Position numbers and translations under genes: made by a program
The notes under the pieces: model-generated
What the model was told of the DNA's origin: nothing
Databases searched by the model: none
Seen by the model: the letters and a program-made list of their open reading frames with translations, nothing else
Assembly: GCA_964016885.1 (NCBI GenBank)
Contig: OZ024740.1
Coordinates: 355,818,001 to 355,882,000 of the forward strand
Source: Eledone cirrhosa
Lineage: Eukaryota
Direction of reading: 5' to 3'
DNA: 64,000 nucleotides
Part shown: one piece after another, positions 1 to 13,895 of the stretch
Layout: every line of letters begins with the position of its first letter
Numbering within the stretch: position 1 is the stretch's first letter

Positions 1-1149
1 AAAACAACCCAAAAACCCGTCTCCTTATTCCGCATCATACCGAATCTTCAAAAAGGTTAAGAATACTGTAAAACAAAAATATTCTTTGTAAACCATGTTT
101 CGATTGTTGACTGGAAATATTTAATTTCTCTTAGATCACAAGTGTCCTTCTCTGTCACAATTCTCAGTTACTGTCCTTTCTCTTGACTTCTAAGAAACTC
201 GAACTTCATGTTTCGGAGAGTTGTATCAAACTCAGCAAAGGAGGTGGATGTATTTTATTTCCTGCGAAGTCGATAAAATTAATACCAACATAGGAAAATT
301 AATTCACTCGACTTTTTCTTGACAAAAATTAATCTAATACCTAAATAGTCAAAATAAAATAATATTGAATTTTGCAATTCATATAAATCAAAAGGAAAAG
401 GGATGGTGAGAAAATAAGATGACACATGAAGAAAACAGAAGCACATGTAAACGAAGTGGAAATGATCAAAATAAAAATAAGGCCAGTTCATATAGCGTGT
501 AAAAATATCTTACGTGTTCAGAGATGGTGTTGTTACTGTAGGACTTGTCATTGCTTGCATGATGGTGACAGTGAGTGAAGTAACTCGTCCAAGGGGGTAA
601 TAATGCTGATGGTGGTAGAGATTAAGAACTTCCAATGAACCCAAACAAGCCAAATCTGGCCTTTGTCGATACTGTGTCCGGTTCACCCTTTCCTTTCTTC
701 AAATTTTTTTTTTTGTTTAAAAATGTGGTTCTTGTAGTTTGTTTCCTTCTTTCATTGTATTAAAAATCTGTGAGCTTACAATCAATAAAAATAAACGCGT
801 AGTTTTGATGTGTTTATATATTTTATATATCAAGTAGTTGCCACTAACTTTATGCTCAATGCCGTAGATATCGAAAATGGTATTTGTATTATATATATAT
901 TACACAAATACAAGTGTGTATGCACCTATGTGGCTAGATATTATAATGGTATTCACACTGTCACCGTCGACTGAAAGCTGTTGTTAAATCTGCTGTATCC
1001 TTTATTTTTCTACAATGACACTGGCAGCTGCCTCGCCCATAACAAAGCTGAACCGGTTTCCATTCTTCCCCCTCTTAATGTGGTTAGTGTCACCTCAATT
1101 CAGGCTCCCATTTGCATACAACAAACACCACATGTATACAACACATTTC

Positions 1150-1640
1150 CCGCCCACTACTTCCCTACATTTACCACCTCTCTCAATTCTTCATTCTTTC
1201 TTTCTCTCTCTATCACTTTCTTTCGTCACTTTTCTCCCTTCCTCGCTTTCTATCGCTGTATTTTATTTCTTTTTATCCTTTTCTAACAATTTCCCTCTGT
1301 CTCTCTCTCTCATACTGTATTTTTTCTTACTTTCGTTTTTATCTAGTGTCTCTTCTTTCTCTCCCTTTCACCCTTGTTTTTGATTTTTCACCCTTTTACT
1401 TCTTTTTCTTTGTCATTTTCTTGCTTACATTTTCTCTTCCTGCCTCCTCTTCCCTTTTTCTAACACTCCTTTTCGACTTCTCTTTCTGGCCTCTTTTTAT
1501 TTTGCTCTCTTCGTTTTTTATATCACTTTATCAATTGAGCTTTTCTCATCTCAATGCTTTTCTTGTTTACTCTTAAAATACCCCCTCACTCGCTCTGTTA
1601 TTATTAATATCTTATCCTCACTTTCTTTTTCAATTCTCTG
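1150..1640. repeat. Pyrimidine-rich (CT/T) low-complexity tract
   Basis: Almost entirely C/T on the + strand; the overlapping F/L/S-rich ORFs are compositional artefacts. Confidence 0.8.
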
Positions 1641-1959
1641 GAGTCAGTGATAGCTTTTATTAACACTCACCAACATAAACACTACACAATACTTTCCAGT
1701 TGCATAACTCGTCTGTCTTCTCAACCCACCTCTTTCTACTTTCTTCATTCTTTTATAGCCTCACTATTTGAATTTCAGTTTTTGTCTTTATTATTATTAT
1801 TATTTCTTTTTATTCACGCTTGCTTGAAGGTGATGATCTTTTCGTACTCCTTCGAAAAGTGTGGTAGAACTGCGTCATCTATCCGAAACGGCTTTTCGTC
1901 CCTCCTCCCCTTCTTTTACAACCACTTCTCTCCTCCCTAGCTTTATACAACCACTTCTA

Positions 1960-2500
1960 TAAACAAACGAGAGAAGGGGCCGAACAGAGAAAGAGAAAGG
2001 GAGTAATAATTGCTCGGTATTAATAAATTAAAGAAACTCAACAGAGAGAGAGAAAGGAAAACAACACGAAGCACGGAGAAGCGAAAGAGAAAGATGGAAG
2101 GGGGAAAATGTGGCAGCGAAATAGTTAAATAGATTGAAGCAAAAATGAAAAATAATGCATCAGAGACTGAGAAATAAATGACTGAAAGACAAAGAGAGTG
2201 AAAATAAACAAAGGATAAAGGAACTATAAAGAGGAGATATGGGTGGTGGAGAAGAAGCAACAGAAAACAGTATATAGTACTGAGAGTGTTAGAACTAGAG
2301 ATAGGTGATGAGAAAGAGTCGAATAGAAATACACTAAGAACTAATGGAAAACAATATTCAGAAAAAAGATAGACAGCAATGGGTGGCGATAGAAACCGAA
2401 AGAAAAAGAAACAGAAAGTAAACAATAAAGAACAAAGCGAGAGTACTTGAGAGGAAAGAAAGAATTTAAACGAAGAAAGAAAAGAGGAAGGATAAATAAA
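1960..2500. repeat. Purine-rich (GA/A) low-complexity tract
   Basis: Almost entirely A/G on the + strand; mirrors the CT tract just upstream. Confidence 0.8.
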
Positions 2501-2835
2501 CTTTTTCCTATTATTATATTGACTATGTTTCCGCATTGCAATAATTTACTCCTAAACTGTAACTAATTTCGTTTTGTGGCGGTAGTTTAAAAGGCTATTA
2601 AAATACGCCACAAAACAATAAGAATTATCTGGGTAGCTCTACGAATTAATGAAAGGGAGAATATCTCGTTCGCGATTAACAGCGAAAGAAATATTTATGA
2701 ATGGGTTTACAAGAATCGTTGTAAAGCTGATATGATGAAAACTAAGAGAGAGCTGTGTAGTAAAATAAGTCAGCCAGAGAGCACTGAGTTCGGGAATTTC
2801 GTAATATTTAGGTGGCGTTGGGCTTAGAAAGTCTT

Positions 2836-2980
2836 CGCAGAATGATTAGAGCGTCCGACAAGGCGGTATTTAGTTACGGCTCTTTACATTCTGAGTTCAA
2901 ACCCCACCGAGGCCAACTTTACTTTTCATCCTTTCGGGATCGATGAAATAGAATATTAGTCAAGCACTGGGTCGATTTAA
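2836..2980 (+). mobile_element. tRNA-derived SINE family A (Nin/Deu-domain-like), partial copy
   Basis: B-box-like GAGTTCAAACCC followed by TTTTCATCCTTTCGGGATCGATGAAAT; more than 10 homologous copies elsewhere in the window. Confidence 0.8.
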
Positions 2981-3644
2981 TATTCTTATAATGTCTTTTA
3001 GAGGTGAATAGAATTATAATAAAAAAACTAAAACTTTCAAGACAAACGTTAATATAAGTACTCAGTTGAAATTACAAGGGTTAAATTTACCAGTCTTAAT
3101 TTCAGACAGAAATGAAAGAGATGTTATGTGGGTTTTCTATCCAAATGTAGGTGATAAGTATTACTGTTACTTGTATCATCTCGCCAGAAGAGAAAGAAAA
3201 TCAGGCTGAAATAGAGAGCGTGGAGCGGATGCTATTAGTGACTGTAAGGATACTTAAATATTTTACAAACGTACAAAGTATATCGAATCGCTTCCCGGAT
3301 TATCGAGGATGGCATTGACTTTCTCCTGCTCCAAATAACAGCGAAGTCCACAAGGATGCAAGATGAGCCTTTATTCGAGTCAGTTGAATGACTAGACGTT
3401 GTTAGATAAGAGAGACTAGTCACATACAGAACTGCGCCGTACTCGTGGCATTTTCCTATGCAGTACATTATTAATATTATTATTATTATTACTATTAAAT
3501 AAACCAACGAGGTCCGTTACTTACGCCGAGTCAGAAGATCCCATAATGATATCAAAATTGTTTTTTTCTGTCGGCTCTTGTCCAGAGATGATTATTAAAT
3601 GTATTAACATAAATCAACCTAAATCTGGACAGTCAGACACGAAC

Positions 3645-4530
3645 AGAAAAATCAGGAACGGGAAGATGGTCATGCCATCTGACCTTTTGCCGTCCCCTCG
3701 ATCCAGCCCCACCGGCTCGAGCTGGGAAGGGAAGCCTGCAGCGTCCAAGCCATGCTTAATGACATCGTTGAGGGCAGCATGGCGTGGAATGCGGCCGGCA
3801 CTGTGACGACAGGAAAGCGGGTGGAGGCCGAAAGAGTCTACGGTGGAACCGCAGCGACATTGGTGTGGCTGGCAGATCCGGAGGCCGAGCCTCGGGGAAA
3901 CGCCGTGGCGCAGGCTATGGTTGTCTAGCTGCGTGCCAGTGGAGAAGGAGGGCAGGGCATGGAGCCAGGCACCACTGTGGGGTTTGGAGGCCGCACGAAA
4001 ACAAGCAAGGCGGTGCTAGTCGAGCTTGCGCGTGAGCCTGTCTGAGGCCAGGCTGCACTAGATGGCATCCCAAGTGCGTTGGGGGACTTGACGTCAACAA
4101 GGGGAGAAGGAGGAGGGACGTCTAGTGGGCTAAGTCCCAGCCGGTCCCACGTCTCAAAGGCGGTCTCACGTTCTCTGAACACAGAGGGTTCTGTTGTGTT
4201 TTGAAGAACCCTGCTGACGAGGACACAGCACGAGGTTACCGACGAAAGATACGCCAGCAAAGCTAGTGAGATCAGAGACCGGAGGCCAAGGCCGCCATAC
4301 CTGACAGGTAAAGTGGCCTGTTGCCACGCTATGTCGTCAACGGAGGCTGCAAAGCTCGCAGCATCAAGGCTGACATTCACCACCTCCGACTTGGCCGAGT
4401 TGACCTGGAGGCCGATTCCCGCCAGGGCAAGAACCACCGATTGAAGGTCATGGCAGACCGTCCGTACGGGCCCGCCCAACGTAGCATCATCCAGATACCA
4501 AACGTTGAGAGGGTTGGAAAGATACAACAT
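3645..4530 (-). pseudogene. CRE-like non-LTR retrotransposon relic (RT C-terminal part, CCHC knuckle, restriction-like endonuclease)
   Basis: Minus strand reads WYLDDATLGG (RT YLDD) and WQQATLPVRYGGLGLR, then after a frameshift [17 protein letters not shown] (CCHC) and [42 protein letters not shown] (RH..LN and K-R-[P/S]-D RLE motifs). Internal deletion present; GC-rich island. Confidence 0.85.
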
Positions 4531-5159
4531 TGACTTATTTGATTTTTTAAAGATTTAAAAACCAGAATATAGCAGTATCGGGGAAATAGAGTACGCATTT
4601 TTTCAAGTGGGACATCAGCCCATCAAAAAAATATGTCCAAGGGTTGGCTTTACCATAAAAACAGTACTATGGCCAAATTAGACCAAGGCTGAACTGCTAT
4701 TTGTGACCGAATAATGAGTTTGGGAGTAATTTGTTTAATATCATATAACAAATATATAAGATTAAATAGAAGTACATACATATAATCAATTAATTATTGC
4801 TAGGAACCTTATAAATATAATAAACAAAAATATATAATCAAAGCGAGAGAAAAAGAACAAAAAATATCAATTCAACACTAAATGCCTCGATCGGTCACAC
4901 TACAAGAGTCATTGGAAATTTTTGAGGCAAACAACACGTTCACAGCATTACCATAGGTGATGACGTGGCTAGAGCGTTGAGTGTTCTCATGGGAAAGAAT
5001 GCTATGCCATCTTCATCAGTATTTATACTCCAACGATGACAACGCCTTTTAGTGCAAATAATCATATGCAGTATGTCACAGAATGACCGTTCATATTAAC
5101 GAGGTATTTTAATGTTGATGAAACCGCACCTTTCAGGAAGTGCATGCCTGCTAGAACTT

Positions 5160-5455
5160 CTTCGCCCACTTATTCCTGAGAGGGTTGTGGAGGAAGAGTC
5201 CTCAAGTACTCCTTCCAGAGGATCCTGTCAGATGAAACCGTCTCCAGCTGATCCGGCTAGATCCCCAATGAAGACAAGCCAAGCAGATGGATGTTATCCA
5301 ACCATCTTGCTTGGGGTCTACCCCTGGGTCTCCTGCCAGTTGGTTTTGCCCGTAAAATCTGTCCGGCGATTATTTCCTGAGACATTCTAACCACATGTCC
5401 ATAGTATCGGAGTTGTGATCCCTCAATTCGGAGAAGTAGCGGTTCTACCCTGAAT
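5160..5455 (-). mobile_element. RTE-clade LINE 3' fragment
   Basis: Minus strand reads VEPLLLRIEGSQLRYYGHVVRMS...PTGRRPRGRPQARWLDNI; homologous to 31318-31492. Confidence 0.8.
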
Positions 5456-6021
5456 GACTGATCTTTTTATAAGAAAATTCATTACCAGGATTTAAAACTT
5501 CCAAAAATCGTCGGACACTTCTGTGAAGAAATGATACTTGTGATGTAAAATTAAAGCTCCTACACATGCACGACTCCAAAAATTCAAGAGCTTCTAAGAG
5601 TTACACATAGTTTGATCTATCTCTGATTTGGTGTTCAAATACGAAGGGGTATAGGACTAAGAACCTTTTCGAAAAATGGGTTGCAAACATTTTCTGTTTT
5701 GTTATCAAAAGGTACACGGCAGACATATTTCCCACAAAGTATTCCTTTTTTTTAGACAGTAAACTAAGTCACCCAGTGAACTTAAAAGAATTTTCTGGGG
5801 TAGAATATTTCCCAAAACACAATTTCTTTGTTCCAGTCAAATGGAGCAAGGCATATCAGAGAACTTTTAAACAATTCATGAATGCGATTAACAGTGTGAA
5901 TAAAGCTACACCTAGATACTTCTGGAAGAAGTTCAGCATTGTGGACGAAGTGAATCTTTCTTATATTAAGCTTTTACAGAACAACTAAATTGAAATGTTT
6001 TTTAATTTCAATTTATTCTCC

Positions 6022-6025
<4 letters not shown>

Positions 6026-6071
<46 letters not shown>

Positions 6072-6072
6072 G

Positions 6073-6157
<85 letters not shown>

Positions 6158-6176
6158 ATGTGTGTGTATGTGTGTG
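6026..6176. repeat. Compound microsatellite (CT)n(TA)n(TG)n
   Basis: Direct inspection. Confidence 0.95.
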
Positions 6177-6732
6177 TAGCGAAATCTGTCCACGCATTGA
6201 ACCTTGGGTGACACCTAAAGGTCAAACTCTAGGTCACCACCCTTTTGGTGTGAATAGAATCATGCGTGAGCTATCCCCTCAAGGTGGGAGACAGAAAGCG
6301 ACAGGTATATAAAGCCTGTATATTCCCACGTTATACACAGAGAGATCGGAGCACCACGATACAGACAAGCTATGTGAAAGATTGACCGCTACCTTCAGGC
6401 CGCAGTGGTCTACCGACATACAGAGAGATCGGAGCATTACGCTAGCAACAAGCTATGTAAAGATCACCGCTATCTACAGGCCACAGTGGTCTACAATCAA
6501 CTACAGACCATTACTCTCTCTCTCTCCTGGTCGCAGACTACACCAGCCTCATGAACCAACAACAAAATAACATTGTCAACCTTCGCAACTCGTGGTAACT
6601 TGTTTATTGTTCTTTTTGACTGAAATGAAGTAAACCTTTTTATATATAAAGCAAATAATTTATTCTGGTTATTTCATCTAACAAACATGTTATAATCATT
6701 CTAACAATTTCTTACTAATACCCTTCGTTAAA
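6175..6732 (+). mobile_element. Probable solo LTR
   Basis: Starts TGTAGCGAA and ends TTCGTTAAA (imperfect terminal inverted repeat). TATATAAA at about 6306; two ~83-bp direct repeats (about 6335-6417 and 6418-6495); AGTAAA-type polyA signal at about 6629; no coding capacity. Confidence 0.55.
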
Positions 6733-6747
6733 TATATAAATATAGAT

Positions 6748-6839
6748 CGTGAATCGACAATTCCGCGCAGGACAACTCATCAGCGCCGACAATTCAGCGC
6801 ATGACAATTTAGCGCAACGACAATGCAAAACGATATATA

Positions 6840-6905
<66 letters not shown>

Positions 6906-8502
6906 TTAAAAAAGGAAATAGAATGACTTCACTTGTGGTTCCAAATAATTTATTTTCTTCAAAAATCCAAAGGTTTACAATTTGAAATTTTTAAAGAGAG
7001 CTATCGTTTATATAGAAAACTTAGAAATGGAAAAGAGTCTTGGCGTTGTACTGAAGACAAATGCAAAGGTCGTATCCATGTTAATGAAAGTTTATGGGAA
7101 GATATTACAACGCATACCCATGTGCCGCAGCCAGCAGTATCAAGGATGAAGCAGATGGTTTCAAACATTCGTGAACGAGCTGGTGTATCTAATGATGTCC
7201 CGAGAAGAATGATCCAAGGGGCGCAAGTCTCTTTGCCAGATGAAGCAACAATTTTACTACCTCCATTGCAACGAAGTATTCAGCGCCGTAGAAAACGAGA
7301 TGGTGAGTCAATTCCAGCACCTGATAATGTTAGTGATATTGTATTACCTGAACATTTGTGTGTAACACACAGTGGCGAACCTTTTTTATTGCACGTTTCC
7401 GGCAGTGACGATACCAAAAGAATGTTGATATTTTCGACTGAAAAAAATATTGAACACCTTAAAGAATACAAAAACTGGCTTGCAGACGGTACATTTAAAG
7501 TAGCCTCGCGCCTTTTCTACCAACTTTATGTTATTCATATGCTTTGTGATACTATTGCAAAATAAAACAGAGGAATCATATGAGAGAGCATTAAGAACTA
7601 TTTTGAATTTATACCCGGATCTGAAGCCAGATACTATGCTCTGCGATTTTGAAAAGGCATTCCAAAATCCATTTACAACTGTTTTTGAAAGCACGCAAAT
7701 AAGTGGTTGCTTTTTTCACCTCGCTCAGAGCGTATGGAGTAAAATCCAATATTTAAATCTTACTCAGCTTTATATAAGGGAGGAACATATTCGTGGATAC
7801 TGTAAGATGTTAGTAGCATTAGCTTTTGTGCCAATTGACGATATTTGTGGAGTATTTGAATCTTTGCAAGATGTTATGCCTCAGGAATTGGAAGAATTAA
7901 CAAATTATTTCGAAGATACATGGATTGGCCGCCCCTTCCCCCGTCGTAGAAGGGATCCCATTTTTATACCCGAATTCTAGAGTATTTTTGATCGTGTTCG
8001 AGGAGACCTACCAAGGACCAACAATTCTTTAGAAGGGTGGCACCAAAGTCTTCAATTATCATTGGGTCATAACCACCCAACCATTTAAAGGTTTGTAGAG
8101 TTTCTCAAACTAGAACAAGATATTACAGAGGAAAGGATATTAAGAACCAGAGCTGGACACGAGGATGTCTCCAAACAAGCAAAATATCAAAGGACTCATA
8201 AAGCGATAACGACGTTAGTGACTGAGTATGGGAATCGAGCCGATAAGTTGGAGTATTTGCGCACTCTAAATTACCAAATTGAACTACAGAAGTAAATTAT
8301 TATTAATATGTCTATAAAAAAATTTTTTGGGGTATTCATATTTCTATAAATATATCGTATTTCAATAAATCTTTTATTTTAATTATTGTCTGTCAATAAA
8401 ATGTTTAAACTCTAAATCTAATTTCGTTATTCCTTTTCTTCAATTGTCCTTGTATTTGCTTCCTTGCGCTAAATTGTCATGCGCTGAATTGTCGGTGTGC
8501 CG
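6748..8502 (+). mobile_element. MULE (Mutator-like) DNA transposon, defective
   Basis: 8-bp TSD ATATAGAT at 6740-6747 and 8503-8510. Subterminal inverted repeat CCGACAATTCAGCGCATGACAATTTAGCGCAA / TTGCGCTAAATTGTCATGCGCTGAATTGTCGG. Transposase inside. Confidence 0.9.
6933..8295 (+). pseudogene. MULE transposase pseudogene with N-terminal FLYWCH/WRKY-like zinc finger
   Basis: WRCTEDKCKGRI...HTH, WLADGTFK, MLCDFEKA, GCFFHLAQ and RTNNSLEGWH motifs. Frameshift near 7550; in-frame stops at about 7978 and 8086 where Trp is expected. Confidence 0.88.
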
Positions 8503-8518
8503 ATATAGATATATATAT

Positions 8519-8935
<417 letters not shown>

Positions 8936-8973
8936 AGCCCTCTTTGGATTTTAGTCTTCAAATTTATTATTAT

Positions 8974-9032
<59 letters not shown>

Positions 9033-9037
<5 letters not shown>

Positions 9038-10085
9038 ATACTTAGGGTGGGTCATATTGTTGTAATAATATTGTCAGAAATAATAACAGAACACACTCAC
9101 TGTTTGGTTGGTTTTCGCTTCTGTATCTTTTATATCTCCATAATTAATTTATTTGGCAATCAACGTTTATCATTGATTGACCAACAATTAAACATACAGA
9201 TATATATATATAGTCTATCAAAGTTCTTTCGTTGCACATCTGCAACATCATCAGTGGTACTATTATCATGTTCCCTCCTGTTGTATTGTAATGCTTACGC
9301 CATTTTTATTTTATTTATTTATTTATTTTTGTCTCCGTCTCTGCGCATGCGTTTGCGCGTGTGTATAATATTTGGTGTGTGTTCGCGTTTGAGTGTATGT
9401 GTTCTGGTTTTTTTATTCTATCTTTGTTTACGAGTGTGTGCTTATATGTGTTTGTTGTTAGTGTACTTGTGTATATATTTATTTATTTATATTTCCCTTA
9501 AGTCAGTATTGTTTGTTTGGGTATGGTTGTTGTTGTTATTCCATTCGTTTTTTCTGTTTTCTAAGCTCTATTTCACTTGCTTCTCTAATTAGCCTACCTG
9601 TTGGGCCATTTCTATGCTTGGATATTATTTTAATTTCTATGTTGTCTATATTACCGTCATGTCTTTGTCTGGCATGTTCATATAGTACTGAACCGTTTTA
9701 TTTTTTCCTTTTAATTCCCCCCCAGTGTTGGTCTATCCTTTCTCCTATGCTTCGTGCTGTCTTACCTATGTATGTTGTTGTCATGTTTCTGCAAGTACCC
9801 TCTGTACATCTTATGCTATAGACTACATTTCTAGTTTTACAGTTTATCTGGGGATTCATTTTACATATAACACATTTCTTATTAGTACAGTGGGTTTTCT
9901 TAAAGGGGTATGTTTTGCTGATCAGGGATTTTATGGTAGTTCCTGGCTTTTCTACCACTTTAATCTTTAAGTAGGTCTTTCTTAGGGCCTTTCAAATTTG
10001 TTTAGCTAATCCCCCCCCCCCCCCGGGAAGCATCCACGAATATGACACTCTGGTATAAATAAATGTGAAATGAAACTGGAAGGCC
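9033..10085 (-). mobile_element. Penelope-like retroelement, 5'-truncated (GIY-YIG region, 3' UTR, partial pseudo-LTR piece)
   Basis: ORF 9698-9958 reads CTNKKCVIC...CKTRNVVYSIRC...YIGKTARSIGERIDQH (GIY-YIG as VVY/YIG). 3' UTR homologous to 11930-12350 and 44600-44998; flanked by (TA)n. Confidence 0.9.
9217..9258 (-). ncRNA. Minimal type I hammerhead ribozyme motif in PLE 3' UTR
   Basis: Minus strand: ACCA CTGATGA T GTTGCA GATG TGCAAC GAAA GAAC T T TGAT. Confidence 0.7.
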
Positions 10086-10290
10086 CATATATATACGTGT
10101 GTGTATGTATACATATATATATGTATGTATGTGTGTGTGTATTTATATGTGGGTGTCTGTGATCTATATACACTTTCATAGACACACACACACACATATA
10201 TATATATACACACACGTATTCATATATATATATATATATACAACAACACCACCAGCTCTCTCTTCCATTCTACTTCTCTGTCTCCTCCCT

Positions 10291-10363
<73 letters not shown>

Positions 10364-10575
10364 ATGAAGGCACCCGGAAAAAACCCATATCTCGGGAACC
10401 CGTGCTCCGATTTACACGAAACTTGTTTTATTCCATTTGTTTTCCCATTTCAGGGTCAACTTCCTTTCAAATTATTTCCCCATTATACGCCCTTTTGGCT
10501 ATATTACATTACAGACAAGCAAGCAATCACAGAGCTTTAGAAGTATATATATATATGTGTGTGTGTGTGTGTATA

Positions 10576-11150
10576 CTAGCTTACGCCGTAGAAATTCCAC
10601 GGTTTAATTAGAAATTTGTAATTATTTTAATTATCTTAATTATATAAATCTCTTGTACAAGATTTATAAGAATCGCGTTCTCCCTTCATCATTTTTTGCT
10701 TCATCTGAACTGTTTATCAGTTGAGGTTAGTGGGAAGCTTGTAACATATGCTATAAAGAGGCCCTAAAGTAAAAAAAAAAAATGTCACATAAAAATTAAA
10801 GGTAATATAGTATGAATATATGGGGCCCGGAGCTAATGCTACTCTTATCACTGAGTTAATCCAGCTCTAACGTAGAGTACAGCCAACCTTTTTAAATCAA
10901 TTTAATTTGCATTTCATTCAACGTAGTATCTTTATATTAATTTACTTCGTATTTTAATTAATTTGGCGTATTCCTAAAGAAATATTAATTCGTAGAATTA
11001 CTTCAGTAAACCTCATATCTACACCTTTGAATTAATTTGGTATGGGTTTTATTTAAGTTCTTTCTTTGAGTGTATATAATTCCATTTTCAATTAGCTTAA
11101 TATATTCCCAAAGAAATATTAATCCATATATATTTCATTTCTGTTTTATT
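10576..11150 (-). mobile_element. Non-autonomous Helitron (3' end visible, 5' boundary uncertain)
   Basis: Minus strand ends in hairpin CCGTGGAA-T-TTCTACGG, 6 nt, then CTAG|T. Confidence 0.55.
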
Positions 11151-11189
11151 ATTTTTTAAATAAAATAATAAACACTATTTAAAATAATG

Positions 11190-11667
11190 GTTTCTGATTT
11201 AGGCACAAAGCCAGCAATTTTAGGAGAGAGGAAGGTCGATGAAATCGACCCCAGTGCGTTACTAGTACTTTATTGACCCTATAAGGATGAAAGGCAAAGC
11301 TAACCTCAGCGGGATTTGAACTTAGAATGTAAAGAACTGTAACTATATGACGCGAAGCATGTTGTCCGACGCTCTACCGATACTGCCAATCCACTGCCCT
11401 ATTTAAAATAGGGATTTCTAGTATAGGCACAAGGACACTAATTTAAAGGGAGAAGAAAGTCGATTAAATCGACACCAGTGTGTGACTGGTACTTTATTTT
11501 ATCGACCCCGAAAGGATGAAAGGCAAAGTTAACCTCGGCGGGATTTGAACTCATACCGTAAAGGACCGTAACTCTATGCTGCAAAGCATGGTGTCTGAGC
11601 ATAGAGTTACGGTCTGAGTTCAAATCCCGCCGAGGTTAACTTAGCCTTTTATCTTTTCGGAGTCGAT
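11190..11667 (-). mobile_element. Two tandem SINE-A copies plus an inverted partial copy
   Basis: Minus-strand head GGCAGTGGATTGGCAGTATCGG (A box) and GTTCAAATCC (B box), tail GGC(T/C)TTGTGCCTAAATCAGAAAC then (ATT)n; 11599-11667 is an inverted copy of 11501-11580. Confidence 0.85.
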
Positions 11668-11815
11668 ATCAGTGTTTTTATTATGTCCCTTAGAGCTGTG
11701 GTCGTGAATGCATGTTTATTTAAAGGGTTTGATTAGTTGAATTTTGTAAACAAACATAACTGTTCTTTCAAAACAACTTTGTAAACACGTTTCTCTCTCT
11801 CAACGTCAATATCCC

Positions 11816-13095
<1,280 letters not shown>

Positions 13096-13105
13096 AAGTG
13101 TTGTA

Positions 13106-13895
13106 TGTGTCTCTCTATGTCTTGAGAGCCATGAGGCAGCCAGAGTGCTCCAGTGACAACAGTCAGTTACATCTATCAATACATCCCACGTTTTGTGACA
13201 CATGAGGCAGCCAAAGTGCTCCAATGACCATGGCCAGTTGCATCTATCAATACATCTTTCCAACTTTTGTTGATAGGTTTCACGTCTCTGTCAATTGTCT
13301 GCCATCAGTTCATCCTGGGAGTCCTCTTCACCTCTTTCCATGAGGGTACCAATACAGGACCTGATTCACGTCTCTCACTTGGGAGTCGTGTGATGTGTCC
13401 TAGCCTGTCAAGTCGATGCTTGCACATGATGTGAGACACACGTTAGTGGATTCACACATTGTTGGTGGGTTACTTGATGGACTTCTTTGTTGGTGATGAA
13501 GTCATCTCACCTGATGCCAACGACTTTCTGTAGGTATTTGGTGTCAAGCATTTAATTGGTTCTCTCGGCCAGTCTTCACATTCCATGTTTTGCACCCATA
13601 CAGAAGCATTGAAAGCACATAACGATTGTAAAATCTCATCTTGGTATCAAGCAAAAGTTTTTGCTCCTCTAGATCTTGTTGATTTGCTTAAAGGGAACTG
13701 AATCTTTTCCTATTCTGCAATTAATTTCTTTCATGTCCTCATGTCCCCACTTCTGTTGATAGAGCTTCTGAGGTAAGTAATGTCATCTACGACTTCCACA
13801 CCCCCCTGATGCAGAGGTTTGTTAGTGATGGATGTATACCAACTAACATGTTCTTGGTCTTTTTCACACTGATGTGAAGACTAATGCTTTTTGTC
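13106..13895 (-). mobile_element. Degraded RTE-clade LINE 3' fragment
   Basis: Minus strand remnants ISVKKTKNM, VEVVDDITYL, VLSMLLYGCKTW, RLGHITRLP; ~70-bp tandem duplication at 13131-13260. Confidence 0.75.

Noticed and set aside
981-2541. Several 100-200 aa ORFs rich in F/L/S
   Set aside because: They arise from CT/GA low-complexity DNA that is poor in stop codons; no domain is recognisable.
3562-3651. Imperfect ~90-nt hairpin (TGTCCAGA/TCTGGACA) as a pre-miRNA
   Set aside because: Pairing is interrupted with a large AT-rich loop, and there is no other support.
5985-6312. ORFs of [16 protein letters not shown] repeats (also near 10000, 21200, 37000 and 62000)
   Set aside because: Translations of microsatellites.
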